NCBI GenBank assembly: GCA_030264375.1
Contig: JASCQW010000122.1
Location: 34,059,969 to 34,123,968 of the forward strand
DNA: 64,000 nucleotides
DNA from: Carcharhinus longimanus
Lineage: Eukaryota
Direction: 5' to 3'
Of this stretch, positions 52,701 to 64,000 are shown piece after piece. The notes under the pieces were generated by a model that worked only from the letters and a program-made list of their open reading frames with translations, was not told where the DNA came from and did not search any database. A program made the position numbers and the translations under genes. Each line of letters opens with the position of its first letter. The first letter of the stretch is position 1.

Positions 52701-55700
52701 TGTTAAAAGATTGGAAAACAACATGTTATGGTGTCTCTTTTTTGCATTGATCTCAGAAAAGAAAGAGGCAGGAGGCTTGGGAATAAGTTTTCACAGCTTC
52801 CGCTTTTGTTTACCTCTAATTGTCAAGCTGTTATTTCTGGAGAAGATGCAAGATGCCACCTTCAACCAATATTTCTGTGGGGCATTTATTAATTGGAACC
52901 ATAACAGTCTGTATGCCCCTTATTTGTGATTGTTAAAAAAATTGCTAAATATGTTTCAGTAATGTAATTGAAATTAGAATATGGCAAATATAATACATGA
53001 TTATATCTTNNNNNNNNNNNNNNNNNNNNNNNNNNNNNNNNNNNNNNNNNNNNNNNNNNNNNNNNNNNNNNNNNNNNNNNNNNNNNNNNNNNNNNNNNNN
53101 NNNNNNNNNNNNNNNNNNNNNNNNNNNNNNNNNNNNNNNNNNNNNNNNNTCACATCTGTGCTCTCTTCTATGTTAATTGCAATACATGCAGTGGTGGATA
53201 ATAAAGAAATTTCACTTTATTGGTTGTAATTTATATTTATTACCTAGTGTGGGGAAAACTATGCTTTTGTATATTAGCACTGTTACAGTACGTTTTAAGT
53301 GAAATGACATTAAGCAATAAGTATAATAACTAGGAATAGTATGCCCCTTAGAGTATGATACCTGCTACTGTAGCTTGAAATTCCTGGCTGCACTTCCTGA
53401 TCAGCTCTGTTCTAACAAGCAACTATATTTCACATTCAATACATACAAAATCAATGGTGCATTTTTATTTCCCTTGTAGGTGAAACTCTTATGGCAGTTA
53501 GGAAAAACAGGTGGGAAATTGCTCTTCTGACACAAATCCTGGTGATGTGCATGCTATCTAACAACAGTACGAACAATGCCTCACTGCTCTAGAGAAAAGG
53601 TTAACTGACAGTATCAAAATCAATTCTCACATACATGAGCTCAATAAGTACAAAGAGTTTCTTTTTTATCAATAACAGGTTATGGTTTATCTGTGGTTCG
53701 ACGTAGTAAAGAACAGAGAAGTAAAACGACTGAATGATCTCTGACTCCGATAATAGCACTTACAGATGCATCAACTAATTATAACCTGATTTTATTGTTT
53801 TTTTTCTTGAAGTACTTTCGAGTTGCATGGGTAATATATTAATCAGGTGCAGCGAATATCAAGATCCAAGTAGTTATCAAGAGTTCCAATGTTGGTGATA
53901 AAGAATTCCTTAAGCGTAACTTCCACCTTTAACTTCCTTGCATTAAAGTGGGTGGAGAAATCTTGCTTTATTTCGGTGCCAAAGAAACAATGTTTTCCGC
54001 CGTTGGTATGGGATGGATTAATTATAATTTCCTATATTAAATTTACAGTTGTTACGCCGCCTGCACCGTTACTGCAGTTTTGCCGTTTTCAGGCCTGGGC
54101 GCTGAATAGCGAATAACTGTTGTGTAACTTTTCACATTGAGAACAGCCCACTCGCAATATAAGTGGCTTACCTGCACATTATTTCATGTGTAAGTAGGAC
54201 TCTGCACATTTCGGGGTTTTTGTCCTGTCCTTCGTATACTATCGGCTGAAGCAATCGTCAGAGAAAAGAAAATACAACAATCAGCCATTGAACACTGAAA
54301 AGTTGCCATCAGCAATGACAATAAATGTCGCTAACACCTGCTTATGCACAAACATTGGTCTTTCTTTTTTAAAAAGAAGTGAAGCTTGTTTCCCCATCAT
54401 TCTCAATGACACTTTCCCGGTTATCCCCGTCACAACAACAAACTTGTACATAGGAAGAATAGAAGGCCCCGAAAGTGAGCGGCCCAGTCATTCTGAAGCC
54501 CCCGGTCACGTTAATATTAGGCAGAGTTTGCCCTGAAGTAAGGGTAAGTGTGGCTGTTATTCCCAGGTATTAATGACATGTCATGTTATATTCTGATTAT
54601 GTATTTTATGAAAGGGGAGGGGGGAAACAAGGATACAGTTGGGTGTCACCTCGACATAAAGGCTAATTGGTAAATAATATCACATTTGCCTCGCTTCAGC
54701 CCCCATTGTTATTTGGGATGTTATTATTTTATGGCGATTGGGGCAAAGTGTGTGCCTTTTGCTCCCCCTCGAACGGGGGAAAAAAAACTGCGGATAGTTT
54801 TTTTTTGAGACTTAACTCATGGAGCGAATCTGGTGTTTATTTTTCAATTACACACAATGATTTTTTTTCTAAAAAGACAGTCTGGGAGTACGGTTGAGTA
54901 ATTATTGAGCATTCGCTCTAACAGCATCCAGATGGTGGGAGCTCTAGGTGTATTCGCCTTCTCCTCGCTCGCCTTTCAGCGACTCTTCCCCCCACGAGTA
55001 GTGAGCACAAACGCACCACGCTTCTTTTTTTTTACAACTCAGTTGAGCGCATCGGGTCCCCAGCTCAAAAGGCGGCCTGCTCCCTTATTATTCCGCTAAC
55101 GAGATTCACTTTCCCCGCATTGGAAAGAACGCACCGCTCAAATAAGGTTGCCTCTTTTCTATCTGCAGCCACCAGAACGCACCGCCACCTAAAGTTGGAG
55201 AAGGCAGCGTGCTTCTCCTCACCACCCCCCACCACCACTACTACCTTTTCCTTTCAATCTTTCGCCCCAACCCCAATGCAACTATCGGTTCGTATTTTTC
55301 CCCTGCTCCCCGCAAAACAAATTCGGAATCAATAAATGAGTTGTCTGCGCCTTTGATCAGTTACAGGGCTATTTCCCATCAATCATATGAGGAGATTAAC
55401 GCTTTTGCAAAGCCTCATTTGCGGTATTAAAATAGGAGGTTGTGTGGCTAAATGAGCAGTTATCTTTTAAAATAAGATCACAATCCTTCAAAAATCAAGC
55501 CACTCGCGGGCAACGTATACACCCTTTTAATTAGTCTACGGCGATCCCGACAAACACACACACACACGCGCGAATGTGTAGATAAACTGGGGATAAAACC
55601 ACCCTGTCAACTTCTGAAAGCACTGGAGAACGTTAAAGGGATTTTTTGACCTATTGAAATAAATGTTGCAAAGGGGGTGGGGGGGAGGGTGGATGGTGCA

Positions 55701-55787
55701 CTAGGGGGAATGCTCATGATAGCTGTCAATCGCTTGTCAGATTGAAGTCTTTAATTTAAAAAAAAATCATTTGTGGGTCACCTCATG

Positions 55788-55790
<3 letters not shown>

Positions 55791-55818
<28 letters not shown>
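55791..55818. repeat. (TG)14 microsatellite
   Basis: Direct reading. Confidence 0.97.
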
Positions 55819-55819
<1 letters not shown>

Positions 55820-57294
55820 AAAAATAAAATCTACCGACACTGTTGAGAAACTGTCTTTCTCTTTAAAATTCGAGAAATGCTTGTATGACCAGAACCTTGA
55901 TTTGCACGTTTGAATTCTGAGGAAGAAATCTGATTTCGTGAGGTGAGATGTGGACCACGTATCCTAAGCACGTTATGCATCAGAATCCATTTGACCCCCA
56001 AAAAAGTGCCATAATCGAGCGGGAATAACGGTTTGCTGCGGGGAGGAGGGCACTCACTCGTTCGAGCAATTCTTTGAACGTTGCTCTTTATTCGTCTTAT
56101 TTACAGAGCCTAAAAATTACAGTGTCAGGGCAGAGAGAGAAGAAAAGGTATATTGTGGAGATGGTGAAATATTTGAGGACTTTCAAGTAAAAGTGTGAAC
56201 GCACCGACTCCCGTGGCTAATTACTGTGCAGCACTTTTGATCAACCGCGCTTATCATCTTTGAAGTTGCAGAAGACAAGCTAAATAATTTAATAAGCAAC
56301 TGCCTGTAATTATGTTATTTACAAGGTATGACAGATAGATGATAAAGAAATACAGCTGATCTCAGGGAATGGACTGCCTCATGACCCCTGGAGCAACCCT
56401 CTCAAAGCTGCACTTCTGGGGGCAGTGGCAAAAGTGAACCTGAATTATGGAGACTGGGCTGAGAGGTGAATTGGAACTAAAGTGGGGAGTGGTGGGGAGG
56501 TGGGGGGGGGAGTACGCTGGCTTTTCACCTGAACGCACTTAAACTCCGCAGACAAATGGGGGAAGCCAACTGCCAGTTCACCGAGTTTTACAGAAGGGAG
56601 GGTTAAAAAAAATCAGATCACGCCTTACTTTCACCAAGTGCCAACTTGACGCCAAAGAATTTTGAGGCATGCACGTCGGGTCAAATTTAGCTAAACACAC
56701 ACATGAAAATGTGTTTTATTTCATCTTAAACCATTCATTTCAAATACTTCAACTTGCAAAAAAAAGTGTTGCTTCCCTAACAACATGTGAAACTGCATAA
56801 TATTGGGCCCCGAGGGGAAAGGGGATAAGCGGGTGTAAACTTTATAACGCAAAAATTAAAGTTTTTTTGTGTGTGTGACTGTCTCACCTGTTTGGTCATT
56901 GAATCGATGAGCCTGACATATAGATCCTGTTCTGTCCGCACCCCTAGAAATAAAGTAGTATCAAATTTAACGGTACTTAAAAAGGGAAACGCGTGTTATC
57001 AATGAAAGAACCGTATCAACACCTAACTCATTCAAACATAGAAAGACAAGTTTGCGCACTATATCGCTGTGCTAAAGGAGACTGCTAATTTGGCAAAATA
57101 TGGAAACTGATGTCCTTGTAATGAACGCAATAAAATGAGNNNNNNNNNNNNNNNNNNNNNNNNNNNNNNNNNNNNNNNNNNNNAAAACTGTATCCCAAGA
57201 AATTCACAATTTTTTTGACATTTATTGTAAATTTTATGTTTAGTTGAAATGTGTAATTTGTGGGGCAGTGGAGCGTGGAGCGCTGCTCTTTAAC

Positions 57295-57322
57295 TGTGTG
57301 TGTGTGTGTGGGGGGGGGGGGG
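57295..57322. repeat. (TG)8 running into a poly-G tract
   Basis: Direct reading. Confidence 0.9.
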
Positions 57323-58310
57323 AGATGTTTGTCTCGTACTTATTTTCTTTTCTCTTCCACAATACTCAAAGGGGATTGTCACAGATATCCTTAACATTTT
57401 GATTATGACATTCAAATTTGGACTCCACGGTCAATTGTGGGCGAAGTAAAGCCAAGATTTAATTTTTTGGCTCTGATTTTATTTTAACTTCAAGCATTTG
57501 TTTCGCAGGCTGTTTCAATACAGTGCTCCCCCAGCCCCCCACACCCCCCAACCCCCGCCCCCCAGATTACTGTGCAGCGGCACGGAAAGGGCATGCAATT
57601 AAAACACCTTAAAACTGAACGAGGATCCAGCTTGAAGGTGTGTGGCGGGGGGGCGGGGGGGACGGACCTCATGTTCACTTCCAAAGCCAATTGCCCGATG
57701 AAGCAGGAGACGCGACGTTGAAATACTTTGTTTTTTAAGTTTCTTTTTGCACTTAAATGTTGGCCAGGTAGGACATCAAAGTTACATAAACAGTGATTAA
57801 TATCTACACCACATGACTCGCATGCGAACTCCATTAAAATACACACACATCAAGCAACACAGCTCTTCTGGGTCAATTCAATTCTACTTACCATTGCTGT
57901 AGAGCAACTGAAGTTTGTAGTGTATTCCATTGTTGGTTTTTTCATTATTTGGCTCCTAAAATCAACCATTATAAATGAGTAATTATATCGTTCATTCTAA
58001 TCCATAGTTTATTTTGCATGTCTTGTTTTAATACATTTGTTTATAATGAACTGCTTCCCATGTCAGTATCTGATTTGCTAAGTATGCGGCGAGTTCATGG
58101 ATTATATCAATAGGAAACATTTTGCTTTTAGGCTTTTGCAATGAAATAATATTTACATATAATGTCATAAATAGGCTGCTATTTTTTTTTCCTCAGCAGC
58201 CGAGAGCTGTTAGAACAAGCAGAACTACACGTGGTTTGGGCGCCTCTTGAGTACCGTTATGCTTGTTAGTAATTGTGCACTTATAAAAAAAGGAGAGAAA
58301 ATTATTTCTA

Positions 58311-58577
<267 letters not shown>

Positions 58578-58760
58578 TCACATTTGGGAGACTGGAGATT
58601 TCTTGATTTGTCGCTTAGCAGTAATGTGATGTAATGGAAGCAAAAGTGGTGGGAGCGGAGGGAGAAGGGGGGTAATTGATAGAGTATTGAGGGGATTTGG
58701 TGATTTCGGGTCGATATAAGAAACATTAAAAAAAATCTCATGGAAGATAATATTTCATTA

Positions 58761-58970
<210 letters not shown>

Positions 58971-59499
58971 TCAATTTTTTTTTCCCACAGCGAGTGAAAA
59001 GGGGGGGTTGGTGGTGGAAATAGATGAGAGATGACTTAGCTCGTTATGATTAGTAAGAGAAACAGCCGAGTTCAGACTTGCTTCCTCTTCAAGCTGTCCC
59101 GCATTCGACACGGCATAAACAATTTCAGGAGTAGTTCAGCGCTTAGTTGGATCGTGATCCGTTCTGGAGAAAAAGTACAACTAGCGGGAAATTTGGTTTA
59201 AGAGTGGAAAAAAAATGTTGTTTTGTTGATGTTGTTCTCTCAGTGTGGTGTCATCCTGTTAACAGCATCAAAGGTATTCTGCTTAGGACAGTGCTGAATC
59301 GACCACTTCTGACAAGGTTCTCCTGCTCCAAAAGACAAATAAACGAAAAATGATTACCATAGAGGTGTTCCTGGACACAGGAGAGGTTGATTAGGGCCTT
59401 TAGCGTCTCGGAGAATGGAGGGAAACATACAAACTCAGCCCTCTTTCCCCTAGGAATGGATCCTTTCCCCGGAGCCAAAACTCTAAACCCCCGGGACCA

Positions 59500-59730
59500 G
59501 CGCTGACAGATTCTGACGTTTAGGGGAGGAGATAGCGGCCATGTATGGAGTTCTTATTAGCATAGCCAATCGTACTGTTCCCAGCCTTGCGATTGACAGC
59601 TTCGACCTGAGTGCTTTGCTGAGCTGCCCTCCTTTTTTTCCCCTTTGCTCCCTGTGCATTCCCCCCCCCCCTGCACAGAAATTGACAACCAATAAAATCA
59701 GATGCAGAAAAGTATTATTAACATAATGAA
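59500..59730. promoter_or_regulatory. Candidate TALE plus NF-Y regulatory element
   Basis: CCAAT at 59566-59570, CGATTGACAG at 59590-59599, TGACAG near 59504, and ATTGACAA-CCAAT at 59681-59693. Confidence 0.4.
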
Positions 59731-62559
59731 TCCTTTAGGAAAAAAAATATACAAGCGCGCACGAGTTTGTCTGTCTTCAAACAGAAATGAAAAAGGATAA
59801 AGTTGTTGCCTTAAAACACAATCTGCAGGAAGCTGCTAGGGACAAATGTGTGCAGCAAACAAAAAAAAACTTGCGGCTGAAGTTTGAATGAAAAGTTATA
59901 AAACAGTGCGTGGGAAACCTTTTTCTGGGGCCTTCGACCCGGTCTCCAGTTAGTCAGTGTAGGACAACTGTCGGAATATTTAAGGAAAGAATCTGATGCA
60001 GAACCCACCTGAAAAATGAATCACAATTCTGCTTTTTCGCGGAATTGGTGAAGGGGTGGGGAGGCTGTCTTTAACATTTATTTAAAACGATGCGTCCTTG
60101 TGAAACAATATACCTTCTTTATACAGTTTGGAGTTCAATGACTNNNNNNNNNNNNNNNNNNAATTGCGTTCTTTCTTGTATCCATCAGGTCGCGTTATCA
60201 GTTAAGGTTAAAAAGATCTGGGGACGGCCACTGAATCAATATCCACATTATAAGGTACATTTATTAGAAACAATATAAAAGGGGCGCGTTACGGGCGGTG
60301 TGTCAACACCAGGAGCAAGAAGAGTTGAAGTTAGATGCTTTGAACACATGCGATCACTAGGAATTCCTGAAGATTCCACATGTATTTCGAACTTGATTTT
60401 TTTTTTGTTGACTAAAACTAGTCTTTCTGAGGTATTAGCTGGTGCCCAGAGGAAGGGACCCCAGGGACGGAGGCTGCCCTGTGATTTTTTTTGTGTGTGT
60501 GCTAAAGGTAAGAGCCCAGGCTGGAGGGAGAGTGAATCAGGGATAGTCACTTACCCAATGATCAGTTATTTCTCTTCGTCCGCATTAGCAGTTTCATCCT
60601 TATNNNNNNNNNNNNNNNNNNNNNNNNNNNNNNNNNNNNNNNNNNNNNNNNNNNNNNNNNNNNNNNNNNNNNNNNNNNNNNNNNNNNNNNNNNNNNNNNN
60701 NNNTCGTCCGCATTAGCAGTTTCATCCTTATTTTGACAATTGTCACCGTACGTAACGCTAATATTTTAATTAATCGGTGAAAATCGAAGTCCGAATTGTG
60801 TTATCAGGGGACACCATAACACTTGAATTTCAATACTCCGCTGAGGGTGAGAAAGAAATGTGTTAGAGCAATCTATTTTCTGGTGTTGGGGGGTTAATGA
60901 CTATTGCGACAGATAAGTGAATTATCAAAGCTGTTGCTATTCCGATTTCAAAATCCATTACATTGCTGGCGTCTAATTAAATACGTAAGTATAATAAAAT
61001 CATATTTTATGGCGATTGAAAGTAATAAGATTAGTCTTCAGAAGCAATCATCACATATTAAGATGCCATATAGATCTCACAGAATCCTAATACTGTATTT
61101 TAAAATCAAAACGTGCAGGAAACATTATGCATAATAAATAAAAGGATCTCTGATTTGTAGGAAAGTGTTATATCGACAAGGAACGTCTGTATTATTAACA
61201 AATGTGTGCATTTTAAGCGAAAATTAAATATAAGTTACAGCTAAGTAAATCTTGATGCTATTTTTTCAGATGGAATATTTGAACATTTTGGGGGGCGCGT
61301 TTTAATTCTGCGATTCACTGATTTATACGTAAATGCAAAGCACCGCTGTGGTAAATGTGTTAAGTAAGTGTAGCAAAGTAAACAAAATAGTTTATTTTAG
61401 CACTAACCAATCGAAGTGAATACTCTTATATAAATCATTGATATGTTTATATATATATATTTAAGAAGGGTTTCCCTTCAAAATCTGTTAAACGTGCTTT
61501 GCTTCAAGTCACTTACAGTATTCTTATAGCAGATTACACGCGCCGAAGCGATTTAAATCTGATTACCAAATGATACCGTTGACTATAAGACACAACCTGA
61601 AAAGTTCCACAAACCCGTCACAGAGGCTACATTCCTGCCGCAGCCAGAGAGTTTTAAAACGTATTTGACAACAAATGCAGCTGCCCCATTATTTTTTTTG
61701 AAGATATTAGGCGAAAATTAATGCAAATCTGTGTTCAGAAGCCATCTGGCCAGAATTGAGAAATCAGCTGTTCCTCACAACAGGGTTTGGGTTGAATATA
61801 TTTCGCTCATTTTCTATTCTCATCTGGTCTGGGCGGCAAGTGCCCCAGACGATAGCGTGGAAAATACATCCAACCCCAAATTTACCGTTTTGACAAACTG
61901 TTTGCAACAACCCAAATTTAATCGAGGGAAAATGTGACGACTCTGTATTGANNNNNNNNNNTACTGCTGCCATTTCTTGTAGGGGAAGGGTGGCATAAAA
62001 GCGGCTCAAACTTCATCGCCTCAATATAATCTGACTCCTGCGTTGAAACAAATGAGTTCCCCGTGTTTTGAAGGCGTTCTCAATTTTTTTTCCAGGTATC
62101 CTTTGTGTTAAGGGAGAATTCGGAGTGCACACCCTCGCCAATGTTTCCCACATTAGCTTTAAACCCCCAGCAATTTATCCCTCTCTGATACACACACACA
62201 CACACGCTTTGCACACATTTACATCCGAAATGAATGGAGATTGTCGAACGTTCCACCCGCTCCCCCCCCCAAAAGTGAACCCCGCAAACACATTTCAATA
62301 ATTCACTACAATGCGGTTACTACATTGATTCAGACAGATTTATGGGCTCTTTATTGTCAAATATTCTTGGAATTATCTAGTTGAAAATCATATTGGGGAG
62401 AGTGTGACAGTTGCACTGTGAAATGCTAGGTGGTGGTGGGGCGGGGGGTGGGGGTGTGGGTGGGGTAACATTATCCGGATTTTTGTTTTAGTTTGGTGGG
62501 GGGGTGGGGGGGTGAGCCATCTAGCAACCGCTGTTGGACAAAGAGAGAGGAGCCAGGAG

Positions 62560-62830
62560 CTTGCGGGATTGAATCCGATTTGCATGGTGCAGCCAAAGAC
62601 CTCCCGAAGTAACGATTCCCCTGATTATGTGGAGTGTTCCTTTTGTAAATTTACTGTGAGGGTTGAATGATACACAGAATTTGCATATAAATAGCGACAT
62701 CAAGCGATTCGCGTGCCACACACCAGCGGTCTCCCAGATGTCAAGCCAAAGTCAGTCAGATGGCCATTGCCCAGCCCCAAGTCCCCCCGCGCCAGCTGGT
62801 CCTCCACTCTCTGTCATACCAGAGCACACA
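62560..62830 (+). promoter_or_regulatory. Candidate octamer/TATA-containing promoter or enhancer
   Basis: ATTTGCAT at 62578-62585 and 62679-62686. The second overlaps TATAAATA (62686-62693) and is followed by a CpG-rich stretch. Confidence 0.35.
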
Positions 62831-64000
62831 GAGAAGGAACACAATCGCCAGCCAAACACACTGCTTTTCACCAAATCTCCAGCCTCGCCTTTAGCTTTAA
62901 CCCTCAACCCTGTTTTACAAACGCTCTTGTTTCTTTTTGCATGGGCAAGCCTTTGTTCAGTCTACCTAAAGTCTAGTGGTTTGGGATGACCGCCTTTAAC
63001 CACCAGCCCCCACCCCCCCGTTCCCTCCCCAAAATAAAAATAAGAAAATCGATGTCTCCTGAATAATCACAAACTGAGCTAATTGCTGCTGTTTACAAGT
63101 TCCACTCAACAATGCACTCTCTGGCGGTGTGTTCCTATTTTGTGTTTTTTATGTTTTAAAAAGGGGAATACTTAAATTGTACAACATCTTCGCCCGCTCA
63201 AGGCAATTTAGCGCACAAATCAAAGCAGTTTCCAAATATATATACATAAATATATTATCTATGTATCTATCTATATATATAAGCAACAAATTGTATAGCG
63301 CGCGTGTCAAACTTGCGATGAAGGATTACACAAAGGACTGGGGGTAGAAACTCGCCTGCCACGGTGCGAGGTGATAACGGGGAGGGAAGCGAACCAAGTC
63401 GAGTGCTAAGGGGCATCTCTGCAGTCACTTCCCCGCACCGCGGATCACCCCCATTGTCTTCCGAGTTTCGAAACCCTGTCAGGCTCTTCAAACTCATTTT
63501 CTAACTTACTTATAAACCACTAACTAACGCATACCACTTAAAATATCATTGCAACTTAAAACAAACCACTAACTAACACGTGCCACCCCCTCCCAACCCC
63601 CGCGCACCCCTCAAATGGGCACAATAGTAACCATTCTGACAGTGCATTGATATTAAATGTCACACAAGTTAACTGATCGATTCAAATGTTTTGCTTTTTT
63701 TTTAAAGATAGATTTTATGACAGAACTTTTCTTGAAAATAACGCACAATCATAAAATGAGTTTTGCCCACTATTATACTGCTACCGATTGGGAAATTTAT
63801 TTGATTCTGGTCAATTAAAAACCGTAGTTAGCTGCTATAAACATGTTTTGTGTTTTTTCTTTGGGGGTGGTGGAGGGGGTTCCGGGGTGGGGGTGTTCAG
63901 GAATATCCATTCCACTTAGAGCTTGGCAGAGATTTAGCGGAAAGCATGAATCCCTGAATTCACAGTGCAACCTGTAAGGTGCACATTTGACAAATAGCGC

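Overview
Eukaryotic, non-coding genomic DNA, almost certainly from an elasmobranch (shark or ray): it carries HE1-type tRNA-derived V-SINEs, HER1/CR1-type LINE fragments and TIR elements of PIF/Harbinger type. I found no recognisable host protein-coding gene, rRNA, true tRNA or CRISPR array. Long ORFs in the track are LINE relics or are inflated by N-gaps. The window has four zones. (1) 1-5.3 kb is dense in nested LINE and SINE relics. (2) About 5.3-27.3 kb is nearly free of recognisable transposons, apart from whatever the N-gaps hide, and is rich in TALE (TGACAG) and TAAT motifs. (3) 27.4-40.8 kb is a transposon-dense block with nested SINE, MITE and LINE insertions. (4) 41-64 kb is again transposon-poor, and from about 53.7 kb it retains many CpGs. 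This layout looks like the regulatory flank of a developmental gene whose body lies outside the window; I cannot name that gene. The most unusual observations are: two different Harbinger-like MITEs at the same TTA of two separate HE1 SINE copies; an ORF2-only LINE relic with a tRNA-like Pol III head; a decayed hammerhead ribozyme; and an 80-bp locally templated insertion. I cannot support a claim of a wholly new biological system from the sequence alone.
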